Of a stretch of DNA of 40,142 nt, positions 23,337 to 31,733 are shown piece by piece. Under the pieces are notes generated by a model. It made no database searches. It was not told the DNA's origin and saw nothing but the letters and a program-made list of their open reading frames with translations. Within the stretch, counting starts at the first letter, position 1, and every line of letters starts with the position of its first letter. The translations under genes and the position numbers were made by a program. The DNA comes from a virus. The stretch lies in the UHGV virus genome UHGV-0061378; one strand, given 5' to 3'.

Positions 23337-23393
23337 TGCAAACAAAAAAGCCACCGTTGCAACTTAAGAGTCACTAACGGCAGCTTACCCTCT
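23337..23393 (-). terminator. Late-operon leader terminator region (lambda tR'-like)
   Basis: Minus strand ...GCAACGGTGGCTTTTTTGTTTGCACAACAGGTAAGAGCATTGA parallels the remembered lambda tR' tail; the hairpin is imperfect, so boundaries are approximate. Confidence 0.45.
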
Positions 23394-23401
23394 AATTATG
23401 G

Positions 23402-23920
23402 CTAAATGGCTAATTGCATGTCAAGGTTTTTAACAGCAACATGCTTAACTTTCTCAACACGTTTACGCATTTTGAAAGCATTTTGCATTGGTTGGTACAA
23501 AACAAATAATGACGCTTTCAGGATGTCGTCAATTTCGTTTCTACAGGTTGCCAGTGAAGGTTTTCTCCATCCCTCGCCACCACGTCCACACATCTTGCGT
23601 GGCTTTGCAGTCGCGTGATAGTAGGATGCAATTGCTCGCTTAGATGAACCATGAGCGTAGTAGCTGAGGAGGATGCCAAAGGCTTTTTTGTCAATGTACA
23701 TGACGGAATCAACGACCTGAGAAATCAACATTCCATCATCATCATTGCACATTGGCCTTGTCATAACTCTTCCCGGCTCTACGCTCTCCATGAACTTCGC
23801 TATTACGCTGCTCATGCGCTTTTCCAGACGACCTGAATAAACCCATGCTCCCCACAGTTCAAGCCAGCCATTCAGCCACTCGTGCTGCTCTTTGGTGAGG
23901 TTTAGTTCTCTTATGCTCAT
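23402..23920 (-). CDS. Late gene antiterminator, Q-like (P22 gp23 type)
   Basis: 172 aa with ...WLNGWLELWGAWVYSGRLEKRMSSVIAKFMES...RPMCNDDDGMLISQVVDS..., resembling remembered P22 gp23; directly upstream of the late leader. Confidence 0.8.
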   Translation of the reverse strand: MSIRELNLTKEQHEWLNGWLELWGAWVYSGRLEKRMSSVIAKFMESVEPGRVMTRPMCNDDDGMLISQVVDSVMYIDKKAFGILLSYYAHGSSKRAIASYYHATAKPRKMCGRGGEGWRKPSLATCRNEIDDILKASLFVLYQPMQNAFKMRKRVEKVKHVAVKNLDMQLAI

Positions 23921-24105
23921 CGTCTTCCTCTCTTGCCCTGTTTGACCATCAGGACGCCGTTAACTATTACGTGACGCTCACCTTTGCTGTCTCGGTTGTA
24001 CTTGAGCACTGTTCCTCTTGCACAGGAAAGCATCCTCGCCACTTCGGTCTGATTGCCTCGTGTCTGGATAAGAAGCTCTGGTATCGTTTGAATTGTGGCG
24101 TTCAT
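23917..24105 (-). CDS. ninH: NinH-like DNA-binding protein
   Basis: 62 aa ...IPELLIQTRGNQTEVARMLSCARGTVLKY...HVIVNGVLMV resembles lambda NinH; ATGA coupling on both sides. Confidence 0.75.
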   Translation of the reverse strand: MNATIQTIPELLIQTRGNQTEVARMLSCARGTVLKYNRDSKGERHVIVNGVLMVKQGKRGRR

Positions 24106-24464
24106 ACGCTCTCCAGTTCGGTGATTTTTATTCCAAGCCTTCCGCCTGGTGCTTTCACGCCACGAATTACGCGAATGTCATCGAATTGCTCGTCGTCTTC
24201 CGCAAATCCGGCGTGGATAAGTGAGTCGAGTAAACCCTTCAGGATGTTATCGAGGTCGCGGCGGCGGGAGTCTGGAACGTCTGCGATGACTTTGATGCGG
24301 AGTCGTGATTTGGTGAAAATGTCTAACTTGAGTTGGCGGATGATTTTCTGAACGTCTTTTCGGTATTTCTGGCCTTTATCGCTTATGTAATATTGGCTTC
24401 CCCGTCTTCGCCAGTAGGTATTCACCGATGGAGGGTATGGAAGCACAAACTGATATTCGTTCAT
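24102..24464 (-). CDS. rusA: RusA-family Holliday junction resolvase
   Basis: 120 aa MNEYQFVLPYPPSVNTYWRRRG... with acidic residues near the C-terminus. Confidence 0.8.
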   Translation of the reverse strand: MNEYQFVLPYPPSVNTYWRRRGSQYYISDKGQKYRKDVQKIIRQLKLDIFTKSRLRIKVIADVPDSRRRDLDNILKGLLDSLIHAGFAEDDEQFDDIRVIRGVKAPGGRLGIKITELESV

Positions 24465-24751
24465 GGCTTAATCTTCCCCTCCTTCAGCAGTATCGCCTGC
24501 GTCCTGATCACGCCTTCGAGGTGGTAAAGTCTGGCGTCTTTGTTGTCGAGGTTATGGGTGCGTCGGTCGATTTCATCGTGACACGCGCTACAAGCCCATG
24601 CGCCGATCAGGTCGTCAGGCTTCATTCCCGTTCCGCAAATTCCAGCCATCCGGTAATGTGCCAGAACTGTAGTTTCAGGATTGCCATTGCATACGCCGTA
24701 AATACGTACCTGACATTCTCTGCCGCGTGCTTCTTTGCGTAGATTGGCCAT
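24461..24751 (-). CDS. YbcO-like (DUF1364) Cys-rich putative nuclease
   Basis: 96 aa with Cys/His motifs (CQV...C...C...CSACH), same size as the remembered DLP12 YbcO. Confidence 0.6.
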   Translation of the reverse strand: MANLRKEARGRECQVRIYGVCNGNPETTVLAHYRMAGICGTGMKPDDLIGAWACSACHDEIDRRTHNLDNKDARLYHLEGVIRTQAILLKEGKIKP

Positions 24752-25473
24752 TAAGCAGCCTCCCCTGTTACTTTCAGCATTCCGTTATCGAGCAGCTTTC
24801 TGGTCAGCCGCTGTTGACCACGCCCGGTGATTTTTGTGGTGAACGATATCTGTATTCCGTGATTTGTGTTGACCGCTGTTTCTTTCACTGTGAAATAGCC
24901 GCGCTCCATATATTCCTGCATTGGCACATTGCGCCGGGAACCTGAAGCAATAAGGATTTTGTGATCGCGCATCCACGCAAACAGTTTGTTTGGACCAATT
25001 CCAACAACCTTTGCAAAGTTTCCAATCAAAATTCCACTGGCCTCGCCAACGCGATCGGCAAACTCAACTTTAGGTGCGGCAATTGCGAGCTGGTTTTCCA
25101 GTTGCATTTTCTGCTCAGCAAGATCAGCAGCAAGGCGCAACGCTTCTGGTAGCGTTTTGGGGATATTAACCGCAGCTTCTTCAAGCTCTCGCCAACGGTC
25201 AACAAGACGAGCGGTGAATTCCGGCGACAACTGGGCAACGACAATAATGCTGTCGCGCTTACCTTGTTCGCCTTCGAAGACGTAAGCCTCGACACTACGG
25301 CGCAGTCCTAAGTTATTGATTTTTTCGAAAACCTGCAATGCAGGAAGTTGAATAACTCCAGATTTAGCAAGGCGCTCTATTGATATTTTTACGTTATCTG
25401 GACGACTTCCCACCAACTCAGCGATTTCAATGCTTGTCATTTTGATGGCATTGCCATTTATTAACTCATTCAT
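24751..25473 (-). CDS. Rha-family regulatory protein with C-terminal KilA-C/ANT-like domain
   Basis: 240 aa; N-terminal ...MTSIEIAELVGSRPDNVKISIERLAKSGV... is Rha-like. Confidence 0.7.
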   Translation of the reverse strand: MNELINGNAIKMTSIEIAELVGSRPDNVKISIERLAKSGVIQLPALQVFEKINNLGLRRSVEAYVFEGEQGKRDSIIVVAQLSPEFTARLVDRWRELEEAAVNIPKTLPEALRLAADLAEQKMQLENQLAIAAPKVEFADRVGEASGILIGNFAKVVGIGPNKLFAWMRDHKILIASGSRRNVPMQEYMERGYFTVKETAVNTNHGIQISFTTKITGRGQQRLTRKLLDNGMLKVTGEAA

Positions 25474-25636
25474 CGTCTTCTTCCTCGTACATTGAGCTAT
25501 TCGGATCGCTCATCAGTTCTGCGCAGCAATCGGAGCACACGTGAACTTCCAGCACATGCAGCTTCTGACCGCAATTAGCGCACGTTAAAGCCCGCTCGAC
25601 GCTTTCTTGTTCGTAACTTCGATTTGGGTCAATCAC
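25466..25636 (-). CDS. ninF: NinF-like zinc-finger protein
   Basis: Hand-translated 56-aa ORF absent from the track (under 60 aa): [56 protein letters not shown]; GTG start overlaps the ninE stop (GTGA). Resembles remembered lambda NinF. Confidence 0.6.
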   Translation of the reverse strand: MIDPNRSYEQESVERALTCANCGQKLHVLEVHVCSDCCAELMSDPNSSMYEEEDDE

Positions 25637-25815
25637 CTTGTATTCCTCGCACGTTCTCTAAGCCACCGGATATCCCACAGGTGAGCCGTGTAGTTGAAGG
25701 TTTTTACGTCAGATTCTTTTGGGATTGGCTTGCGTTTATTTCTGGAGCGTTTCGTTGGAAGGTATTTGCAGTTTTCGCAGATGATGTCGGTGATACTTCG
25801 TCGCTGTCGCCTCAT
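25633..25815 (-). CDS. ninE: NinE-like protein
   Basis: 60 aa [60 protein letters not shown]; start coupled to the methylase stop (ATGA). Confidence 0.6.
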   Translation of the reverse strand: MRRQRRSITDIICENCKYLPTKRSRNKRKPIPKESDVKTFNYTAHLWDIRWLRERARNTR

Positions 25816-26339
25816 GCCGCCCTCCTGACGCCCTGCCCGATCGCCATCAATGCCGCTTTGGATACGGTAGTAAACATCCGTCGAGGACTGATGAACGGTC
25901 GCCAAATCAGCAGCATGGAACCTTTGCTGTTTCCCTTCTTCTCCAGCCCTGTCGATGGTTCGATAAAATTAATCCGTCCATCAGTGATAATACGAACTTC
26001 GTCAACACTCTCCAGAGCCTTGCTGAACCATCCGACAGACATATCCTCTGGCACAAGCATCACTACCGTCTGTCGCTGTTGTATACACTGCTCAGCGGCT
26101 TTTTCCACCCACGGCCTGATATTGCTGTACGGTGGGTTATTCCAGATTGCACCGTGGCTTACCCACTCAGAATTGAGCGCGTCGTCGGCCTCAGTTAGCC
26201 AGTGAGCACACAGAGCATTTTTGTCGCTCGCTGCCGAATCCAGCCAGAATCCAAACTCAATATCCAGTGCATCAAAAAGCCAAAGCGGCGTTTGCCAGCA
26301 GTCCTTGTCGTGTGCTGGCGTATTTGATTTGATAGTCAT
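25812..26339 (-). CDS. DNA N6-adenine methyltransferase (phage Dam family)
   Basis: 175 aa from ATG 26339 ([26 protein letters not shown]...IWNNPPYSN...), carrying the NPPY catalytic motif; start coupled to the ninB stop. Confidence 0.8.
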   Translation of the reverse strand: MTIKSNTPAHDKDCWQTPLWLFDALDIEFGFWLDSAASDKNALCAHWLTEADDALNSEWVSHGAIWNNPPYSNIRPWVEKAAEQCIQQRQTVVMLVPEDMSVGWFSKALESVDEVRIITDGRINFIEPSTGLEKKGNSKGSMLLIWRPFISPRRMFTTVSKAALMAIGQGVRRAA

Positions 26340-26776
26340 GCAGCCCGATCTCCCCATCGCGCTTTCCATTCGAGAGCCAGTCGCGCTTCGTCTGACCACT
26401 TAACGCCACGCTCTGTACCGAATGCCTGTATAAGCTCTAATAGCTCCGCAAATTCGCTTACACGCATCCTGCTGGTTGACTGGCCTATTACCACAAAGCC
26501 ATTCCCGGCAAGGTTAGGAACAACGTCCTGCTGCTTTAATGCTGCGGTAAACACACACTTCCAGCTTTCTGCATCCAGCCAGCGCCCATGCCATTCAACC
26601 TGACGAGAGACGTCACCTAAGCAGGCCCATAGCTTCCTGTTTTGGTCTAAGCTGCGGTTGCGTTCCTGAATGGTTACTACGATTGGTTTGGTTGGGTCTG
26701 GAAGGATTTGCTGCACTGCGTGAATAGCGTTTTGCTGATGTGCTGGAGATCGAATTTCAAAGGTTAGTTTTTTCAT
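26336..26776 (-). CDS. ninB: NinB (Orf) recombination mediator
   Basis: 146 aa MKKLTFEIRSPAHQQNAIHAVQQILPDPTKPIVVTIQERNRSLDQNRKLWACLGDV..., near-identical to remembered lambda NinB. Confidence 0.92.
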   Translation of the reverse strand: MKKLTFEIRSPAHQQNAIHAVQQILPDPTKPIVVTIQERNRSLDQNRKLWACLGDVSRQVEWHGRWLDAESWKCVFTAALKQQDVVPNLAGNGFVVIGQSTSRMRVSEFAELLELIQAFGTERGVKWSDEARLALEWKARWGDRAA

Positions 26777-26969
26777 GACTCCCCTCTCTAACAGATTTCA
26801 GGTTATTCCACTCCGTTACCGCACTGCGATAATTCGCGGCCGCCACAGCGGCATGGTTAGCGCAGTAGATTTGGCACCCGTTCTCCATGTCGAATATTGT
26901 CGGTGATTTTCCGCATTTACATTTTTTGGCATGCGGTGCGTCTGAACACATTCCGTTAACGGTGTCCAC
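26757..26969 (-). CDS. Small Cys-rich hypothetical protein
   Basis: 70-aa ORF, GTG start 6 nt after GAGGGGG; 3' end overlaps ninB by 20 nt. Confidence 0.45.
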   Translation of the reverse strand: MDTVNGMCSDAPHAKKCKCGKSPTIFDMENGCQIYCANHAAVAAANYRSAVTEWNNLKSVREGSHEKTNL

Positions 26970-26994
26970 CAGGATCCCCCTCGTTCTTAATCCA

Positions 26995-27024
26995 ATAAAA
27001 AAGGGCTACTGTGTAAATAGCCCC
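26995..27024 (-). terminator. Rho-independent terminator after the helicase gene (lambda tR2 position)
   Basis: Minus strand GGGCTA-(loop)-TAGCCC followed by TTTTTTATT. Confidence 0.75.
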
Positions 27025-27050
27025 TGTTATTAGCTCAGTGATGTAGATGG

Positions 27051-28427
27051 TCATACGTCAGCCCCTTGTGCATATCGTCTGCCACGTGCAGCGGGTGCAT
27101 TTGATGCTGTGCAAATCTGTCTGGCTTCATCCTGGTCACATGCAACAAAGTGTCCGTTGCAGAACCGCTGGTAAACCGTACCAAGTGAGCCAAAACGGTT
27201 TTTCGTCACAATGATTTCAGCAAATGGTGCGGCGCTACTGTTCTCGTCATATACCGCTTCCCGATAGAGCATGATGATTGAGTCTGCGTCCTGTTCAATG
27301 CTTCCTGAATCACGCAAATCTGCGTTTGTCGGGCGTTTGTTTGGTCGCTTCTCAACATCGCGCGAAAGCTGACTCAGGGAGATAACAGGCGTTTTCAGGT
27401 CTTTCGCCATCGCCTTCAGGCTTCCGGAGATGTGAGCAATTGCGAGGTCGTTGCGGTCTGCTTTCGGCTTCTCAATCAGGCCAAGATAATCCGCCATGAT
27501 GAGTGAGAGGTTTGGATTTTCCTGTTTGTGCCGTTCTGCGATTGAGCGTATTTCTTCGACCGATAACCGCGAGGCATCGACTACCCATACATCCAAATCT
27601 GCAAGCTGACTCATGCCGTTAGCAACACGCGCCCAGCCTTCGTCATCCATCGATGCAGGATTTCGCAGCACGCTAACCGACATCCTCCCGGCGTTGGCGA
27701 TGCTTCGCTCTGCAATCTGCAATGCGCTCATTTCCATCGAGAAAATCAACACTCCGCGCCGAACGTCAGAACCAGGGATAACGCGGCTTGCAACGCCTTC
27801 GGCAATCTTCAGCGCCAGCTCGGTTTTCCCCATACCAGGACGAGCGGCGATAATCACCAGGTCTTCCGCGTTCATCCCCCCGGTGATAGCGTCAAGTTCT
27901 TCGATTCCGGTCTTCAGGGTATCGGACTCTTCTCCGTTCCTCAGACGCCTGTCAAGCGTGTCAGTGTAGTCAGTAATGATTTCCCCTAACCGTACAGGTT
28001 TAACCTCGTCACGGGGCTTTCTGATGGCTGAAAGACGCTTTACAAGCTCATCCATCGCCTGACTCGATGCGTCGATGGTTCCGCTCTGAATTGGTTCACG
28101 CATTTCATCCATGATTTCCAGCACCAGACGGCGGTGATAGTTATCCGCGACCATTCCGGCATATCCCTTCAGGTTTGCGGCACTCGGGCAGTTTTTGCTG
28201 GTCATCAGGATTGACGTGAAATGCTCCTCTCCGCACGCCTCGGCAACCATCAGCGCGTCGATTAGGTTTCTGTTTCGCGCCTGCTTGCGGATAACCTCGA
28301 AGGCTTTCCGGTAGAGCGGAATTGAAAACGCTTCCGGCTCCAGCGTTGCCAGAACGTCACTGGCGGTTGGTGTTAATCCACCAATCAGCAGGCCACCGAT
28401 AACGCTCGCTTCGATATCCTGTCTCAT
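27051..28427 (-). CDS. Replicative DNA helicase, DnaB-like
   Basis: 458 aa with Walker A ([15 protein letters not shown]), ...IIMLYRE... and the usual DnaB-family layout; start coupled to the O-like stop (ATGA). Confidence 0.88.
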   Translation of the reverse strand: MRQDIEASVIGGLLIGGLTPTASDVLATLEPEAFSIPLYRKAFEVIRKQARNRNLIDALMVAEACGEEHFTSILMTSKNCPSAANLKGYAGMVADNYHRRLVLEIMDEMREPIQSGTIDASSQAMDELVKRLSAIRKPRDEVKPVRLGEIITDYTDTLDRRLRNGEESDTLKTGIEELDAITGGMNAEDLVIIAARPGMGKTELALKIAEGVASRVIPGSDVRRGVLIFSMEMSALQIAERSIANAGRMSVSVLRNPASMDDEGWARVANGMSQLADLDVWVVDASRLSVEEIRSIAERHKQENPNLSLIMADYLGLIEKPKADRNDLAIAHISGSLKAMAKDLKTPVISLSQLSRDVEKRPNKRPTNADLRDSGSIEQDADSIIMLYREAVYDENSSAAPFAEIIVTKNRFGSLGTVYQRFCNGHFVACDQDEARQICTASNAPAARGRRYAQGADV

Positions 28428-29371
28428 GCAATCCCCCTGTCTGCAAACTTCCCTTCCCGAACTCCCGTTAACGAGTCTTCTCTCAGCAGGTAATCAAAAT
28501 CAGCCGTCCAGCCCGTGTCGTTGTCTCCGAAGTAAAACGGCTTGGCCTGATGCACAAACGCCCTGACATACGCTCTGAAACCGTCCACGTTTGGCGTTTT
28601 CAGTTGCGGGATGATTTTCTTCAGGCGGCGTTTGCGTTTCTCGTTGACTGCAACAGCATGTGGAAGTCTGTCACCGACTTCGGTGTTGTAGGCGTTCAGG
28701 AAGGATTCGTAGTCGATTCGTTCTGCCTTGCGACGTTCAGGTTTAACCTGCCCATCGCCTCCCCCATTGGGGGGTAGGGGGGTATTATTTATATTCTTGT
28801 TAATACCTTCTTGTTCATGATGTGCGGTTGTTTGTGCGGCTTCATGTGCGCTTTCATGTGCGGCATGTGCGCTGAAAGCCGCGCCATTACTGGCTTTGTC
28901 ATGTGCGGCATCATGTGCGGTTGTTTGTGCGGCTTCATGTGCGGGTAAATTGTCCATTTTTTGAGCATACTCATGGTAATTTGTGATGGTGATCACACGA
29001 CCTTTTTGCTTCTCTCCATCAATGGAGATCATCCCCTCTTTCACAAAAACCTGAAGCATCCGCTCAACCTGATCACGGCTTGCTGGCTTGCCATGTCTGT
29101 CGCATAACTGAAGACCTAAATCAGCTGCTGTCACAACCAGTTGACCGGGTTGCAGATGCCATTCATGACCTTTGAAATTCGCTTTGTATGGCTTTCTGGC
29201 GGCATTCAGGAGAAGGTTTTCCCACAGGGTGCGAAGATAAACATCTTTCGCCCATGACTGTTTCAGAATGCTCCGGTACAACGGAATGTAACCAGTTTTC
29301 TGGTTCTCCATCCTGTTGCTCCTGCGCTCGTGTGCGGCGCTGAAATCGTAGATTTTTGCTGTATTGCTCAT
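28424..29371 (-). CDS. Replication initiation protein, O-like, containing ori iterons
   Basis: 315 aa; N-terminus [10 protein letters not shown]... resembles lambda O (MTNTAKILNF...); His/Ala-rich internal repeats are encoded by the iteron array. Confidence 0.8.
   Translation of the reverse strand: MSNTAKIYDFSAAHERRSNRMENQKTGYIPLYRSILKQSWAKDVYLRTLWENLLLNAARKPYKANFKGHEWHLQPGQLVVTAADLGLQLCDRHGKPASRDQVERMLQVFVKEGMISIDGEKQKGRVITITNYHEYAQKMDNLPAHEAAQTTAHDAAHDKASNGAAFSAHAAHESAHEAAQTTAHHEQEGINKNINNTPLPPNGGGDGQVKPERRKAERIDYESFLNAYNTEVGDRLPHAVAVNEKRKRRLKKIIPQLKTPNVDGFRAYVRAFVHQAKPFYFGDNDTGWTADFDYLLREDSLTGVREGKFADRGIA
28780..28945. repeat. Origin of replication: iteron array (TCATGTGCGG-type units, two ~32-bp copies) with adjacent AT-rich tract
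   Basis: Direct repeats catgtgcgg/tttgtgcgg read many times at 28815..28945, with an AT-rich stretch at 28780..28815, all inside the O-like gene. Confidence 0.8.
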
Positions 29372-29373
29372 AA

Positions 29374-29646
29374 CTACCTGCCTTGACGAAAGACCTTAAG
29401 AACATCGTTAAACTGACTTACGGATATGTCTTCTTTGAGAAGCTTTTCCAGAAATGCGTTTGGAATGAACGTATATCCCTCCTCTTTTGGTAGAGACGGG
29501 AGCAACGCCCTCGCCTCAGCTTTCAGAAGCTCAGTTCTGGCAACTTTCACAAAAGAGATTTGAGTTCTTTCATCAATGGAACGAAGGAAGCGCAAACGCT
29601 TAGCTTCTTTGTGTGTATCAGGTGGATTAAAGCCTTTGTTTCGCAT
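29374..29646 (-). CDS. Hypothetical protein between cII and the O-like gene
   Basis: 90 aa from ATG 29646 with GAGGTAA SD; the track ORF 29374..29919 extends upstream over cII in another frame. Confidence 0.55.
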   Translation of the reverse strand: MRNKGFNPPDTHKEAKRLRFLRSIDERTQISFVKVARTELLKAEARALLPSLPKEEGYTFIPNAFLEKLLKEDISVSQFNDVLKVFRQGR

Positions 29647-29668
29647 ATAATTACCTCGCTGGATGTTG

Positions 29669-29962
29669 TTAAAATTCCATTTGTATTTGATTAGAACGCT
29701 CGGTTGCCGCCGGGCGTTTTTTATTGGTGAGAATCGAAGCAACTTGTCGTGCCAATCGAGCCATGTCGTCGTCAACGACACCCCATTCAAGAACAGCAAG
29801 CAGCATTGAGAACTTTGGAATCCAGTCCCTCTTCCACCTGCTGATCTGCGACTTATCAACTCCCACAGCTTCCGCTGTCTTCTCAGTTCCAAGCATTGCG
29901 ATTTTGTTAAGCAACGCACTCTCGATTCTTAGAGCCTCGTTGCGTTTGTTTGCACGAACCAT
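29669..29962 (-). CDS. cII: Transcriptional activator CII
   Basis: 97 aa MVRANKRNEALRIESALLNKIAMLGTEKTAEAVGVDKSQISRWKRDWIPKFSMLLAVLEWGVVDDDMARLARQVASILTNKKRPAATERSNQIQMEF, near-identical to remembered lambda CII. Confidence 0.93.
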   Translation of the reverse strand: MVRANKRNEALRIESALLNKIAMLGTEKTAEAVGVDKSQISRWKRDWIPKFSMLLAVLEWGVVDDDMARLARQVASILTNKKRPAATERSNQIQMEF

Positions 29963-30021
29963 ATGTAAGTATTTCCTTAACAAATAAGAAGTTATGCGCA
30001 TCAACTTATGCGCGTTGTATT

Positions 30022-30064
30022 CCCGCATTTCGGCGGGAATGAGGACCATGACTGTTAAAGAGCG
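30022..30064 (-). promoter_or_regulatory. nutR (boxA CGCTCTTTAACA plus boxB hairpin CCCGCCGAAATGCGGG)
   Basis: Between cro and cII on the minus strand; same boxA/boxB pair as nutL. Confidence 0.75.
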
Positions 30065-30070
30065 GTGTTA

Positions 30071-30265
30071 CTATTTGTTTTTCTTGTTGCTTGGGAAAGG
30101 ACGAACTTCCTCTCCAATCACACTGCCATCAGGCTTTACCGTAACCATGATGTTACGGCCTGCCAGAATGGCCTTGCTGATAGCGCACTGGATTACACCA
30201 AAGTCACTGGCTGCTTTAGCCTGTCCATGGATTTTGGCGTAATCGGCAAGTGTCATTCGAATCAT
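30071..30265 (-). CDS. cro: Cro repressor
   Basis: 64 aa [64 protein letters not shown], resembling lambda Cro; GGAGAG SD. Confidence 0.88.
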   Translation of the reverse strand: MIRMTLADYAKIHGQAKAASDFGVIQCAISKAILAGRNIMVTVKPDGSVIGEEVRPFPSNKKNK

Positions 30266-30292
30266 ATGCACTCTCCGTTATTAACCATGAAC

Positions 30293-30365
30293 AAAGAATA
30301 CTACAGGTATTCAAAGCAATCAATACTCAGGGTATTTTTAGTTTAAGTACCTTAGCTATTAGAAT
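30293..30365. promoter_or_regulatory. OR region: two operator palindromes (GAATAC-N5-GTATTC at 30296..30312; AATAC-N5-GTATT at 30322..30336) with pR and pRM
   Basis: Palindromes read directly. Putative pR on minus (-35 TTGATT, 17-nt spacer, -10 TATTCT); putative pRM -10 TAGAAT about 7 nt before the cI ATG, implying a leaderless cI mRNA as in lambda. Confidence 0.7.
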
Positions 30366-30371
30366 TAAGCT

Positions 30372-31088
30372 ATGGAAAATAAAAAATCACTGACGACAGA
30401 ACAGCTCGAAGACGCTAAGCGGCTTAAGGCTTTGTATGAGTCAAAAAAGAAAGAATTGGGAATAACCCAATACTCAATCGCTGATGAACTGGGTATCACC
30501 CAAGGAGCGGTAGGGCATTATCTTAATGGCAGAAACGCGCTAAACGTTGAGGTTGCATCTGGTTTTGCACGATTGTTGCAAGTCTCAATTGCTGATTTTA
30601 GCCAGTCAATTGCTGCCAAGGTTGCAGAACAGGCAGAAAGCCTTAAGAGCGATGCCAACGTAAGGTATGCAGGGGAATACAGAGCAGGAAAGAGGTATCC
30701 GGTGTTAAGCAGTATCCAGGCTGGCTCGTGGTGTGAAGCATGCGAACCATACACCATTAAAGACATAGATGTTTGGCTTGAGTCTGACGCGCATATTCAA
30801 GGTAATGCGTTTTGGCTTAAAGTGGAAGGTGATTCAATGACGGCACCGGTTGGGTTAAGCATTCCAGAGGGAACATTCGTTCTTTTCGATACCGGAAGGG
30901 AGGCGATCAACGGCAGCTTGGTCATAGCAAAACTTTCTGACTCTAACGAAGCAACATTCAAGAAGCTGATAATCGACGGCGGAAATAAATACCTCAAGGG
31001 ACTTAATCCTGCATGGCCTCTCGTGCCAATCAATGGAAACTGCAAGATTATAGGCGTTGCAATTGAGACAAAACTAAGGCTGGTTTGA
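30372..31088 (+). CDS. cI: CI repressor (HTH plus LexA-like S24 peptidase domain)
   Basis: 238 aa; N-terminal HTH (…ELGITQYSIADELGITQGAVGHYLNG…) and C-terminal S24 region (…EGDSM…KL…); divergent from cro. Confidence 0.9.
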   Translation: MENKKSLTTEQLEDAKRLKALYESKKKELGITQYSIADELGITQGAVGHYLNGRNALNVEVASGFARLLQVSIADFSQSIAAKVAEQAESLKSDANVRYAGEYRAGKRYPVLSSIQAGSWCEACEPYTIKDIDVWLESDAHIQGNAFWLKVEGDSMTAPVGLSIPEGTFVLFDTGREAINGSLVIAKLSDSNEATFKKLIIDGGNKYLKGLNPAWPLVPINGNCKIIGVAIETKLRLV

Positions 31089-31105
31089 TCACGCAAGGGG
31101 CGATT

Positions 31106-31474
31106 ATGGTTGGAACCGCTATAGCAAGCTTTTTTGGGATGTTGGCAATCTCGACAATTTACGGCTTAGCGCATGCTTTTATTGCGAAATCTCTATCAGA
31201 AAAAATAAGTCAGGCTTGGGCGCATAGATCAGCTCGTTTCATGATTCTAGTGATCATAGCAATACAAGGGATATCTGCATTTATCCTCTATGGTTCAAGC
31301 TTATACCTGTTGTATCAAGGCGCGACATTTACGCCTTACACCAGTGATTACGGAACGCTATACGATGGTAGTGAAGACATCTCTATGGCTTGGATCGTCT
31401 TTGGTTTATCTATGGCCGTGTCTGTTGTAGCAGACATCATTAAGGTAATTCTCGTCTTAACCTTCGCTGACTAA
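31106..31474 (+). CDS. Small polytopic membrane protein downstream of cI (rexAB position)
   Basis: 122 aa from ATG 31106 (AAGGGG SD), 18 nt after the cI stop with no terminator between; 3-4 hydrophobic segments. Confidence 0.6.
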   Translation: MVGTAIASFFGMLAISTIYGLAHAFIAKSLSEKISQAWAHRSARFMILVIIAIQGISAFILYGSSLYLLYQGATFTPYTSDYGTLYDGSEDISMAWIVFGLSMAVSVVADIIKVILVLTFAD

Positions 31475-31560
31475 CCCATAATCCCGGCAGCAATAGCTAT
31501 CGGGATCCACTTCACATATCCCGCATAAAAAACACTGAACAAGCAGACACAGAAAAAATA

Positions 31561-31650
31561 AATATCCTTTGTATTCATTTGCTTATCATTATTTCACCAA
31601 AAATAAATACCTTGGGTATTTACACAATAAAATACCTACAGTATTCTTTA
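31561..31650. promoter_or_regulatory. OL/pL region: operator palindromes AATAC-N5-GTATT (31606..31620, 31631..31645, degenerate 31561..31575) with putative pL
   Basis: Same half-site consensus as OR; putative pL -35 TTTACA (31619..31624) and -10 TATTCT. Confidence 0.65.
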
Positions 31651-31692
31651 GCCATCAGCAGGACGCTGGTAGCCAAACGGAACAGATTGGCA

Positions 31693-31733
31693 GGCTCTTT
31701 AACATTGATGGGATTGTCCCGCCGAAATGCGGG
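31693..31733 (+). promoter_or_regulatory. nutL (boxA GGCTCTTTAACA plus boxB hairpin CCCGCCGAAATGCGGG)
   Basis: Downstream of pL and upstream of N; boxB is identical to the nutR copy. Confidence 0.75.

Noticed and set aside
22806-23401. tRNA genes in the Q-S intergenic region, as seen in some Stx phages
   Set aside because: No cloverleaf-compatible sequence or T-loop motif found; the region aligns with the lambda-type late leader instead.
28789-28974. 61-aa His/Met-rich ORF on the minus strand ([22 protein letters not shown]...)
   Set aside because: It is an alternative-frame reading of the ori iteron repeats inside the O-like gene; the periodicity comes from DNA repeats, not an independent gene.
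29647-29919. Upstream part of track ORF 29374..29919 overlapping cII in another frame
   Set aside because: cII is clearly identified in its own frame; the overlapping reading lacks an SD and is most likely non-coding, with the real start at 29646.
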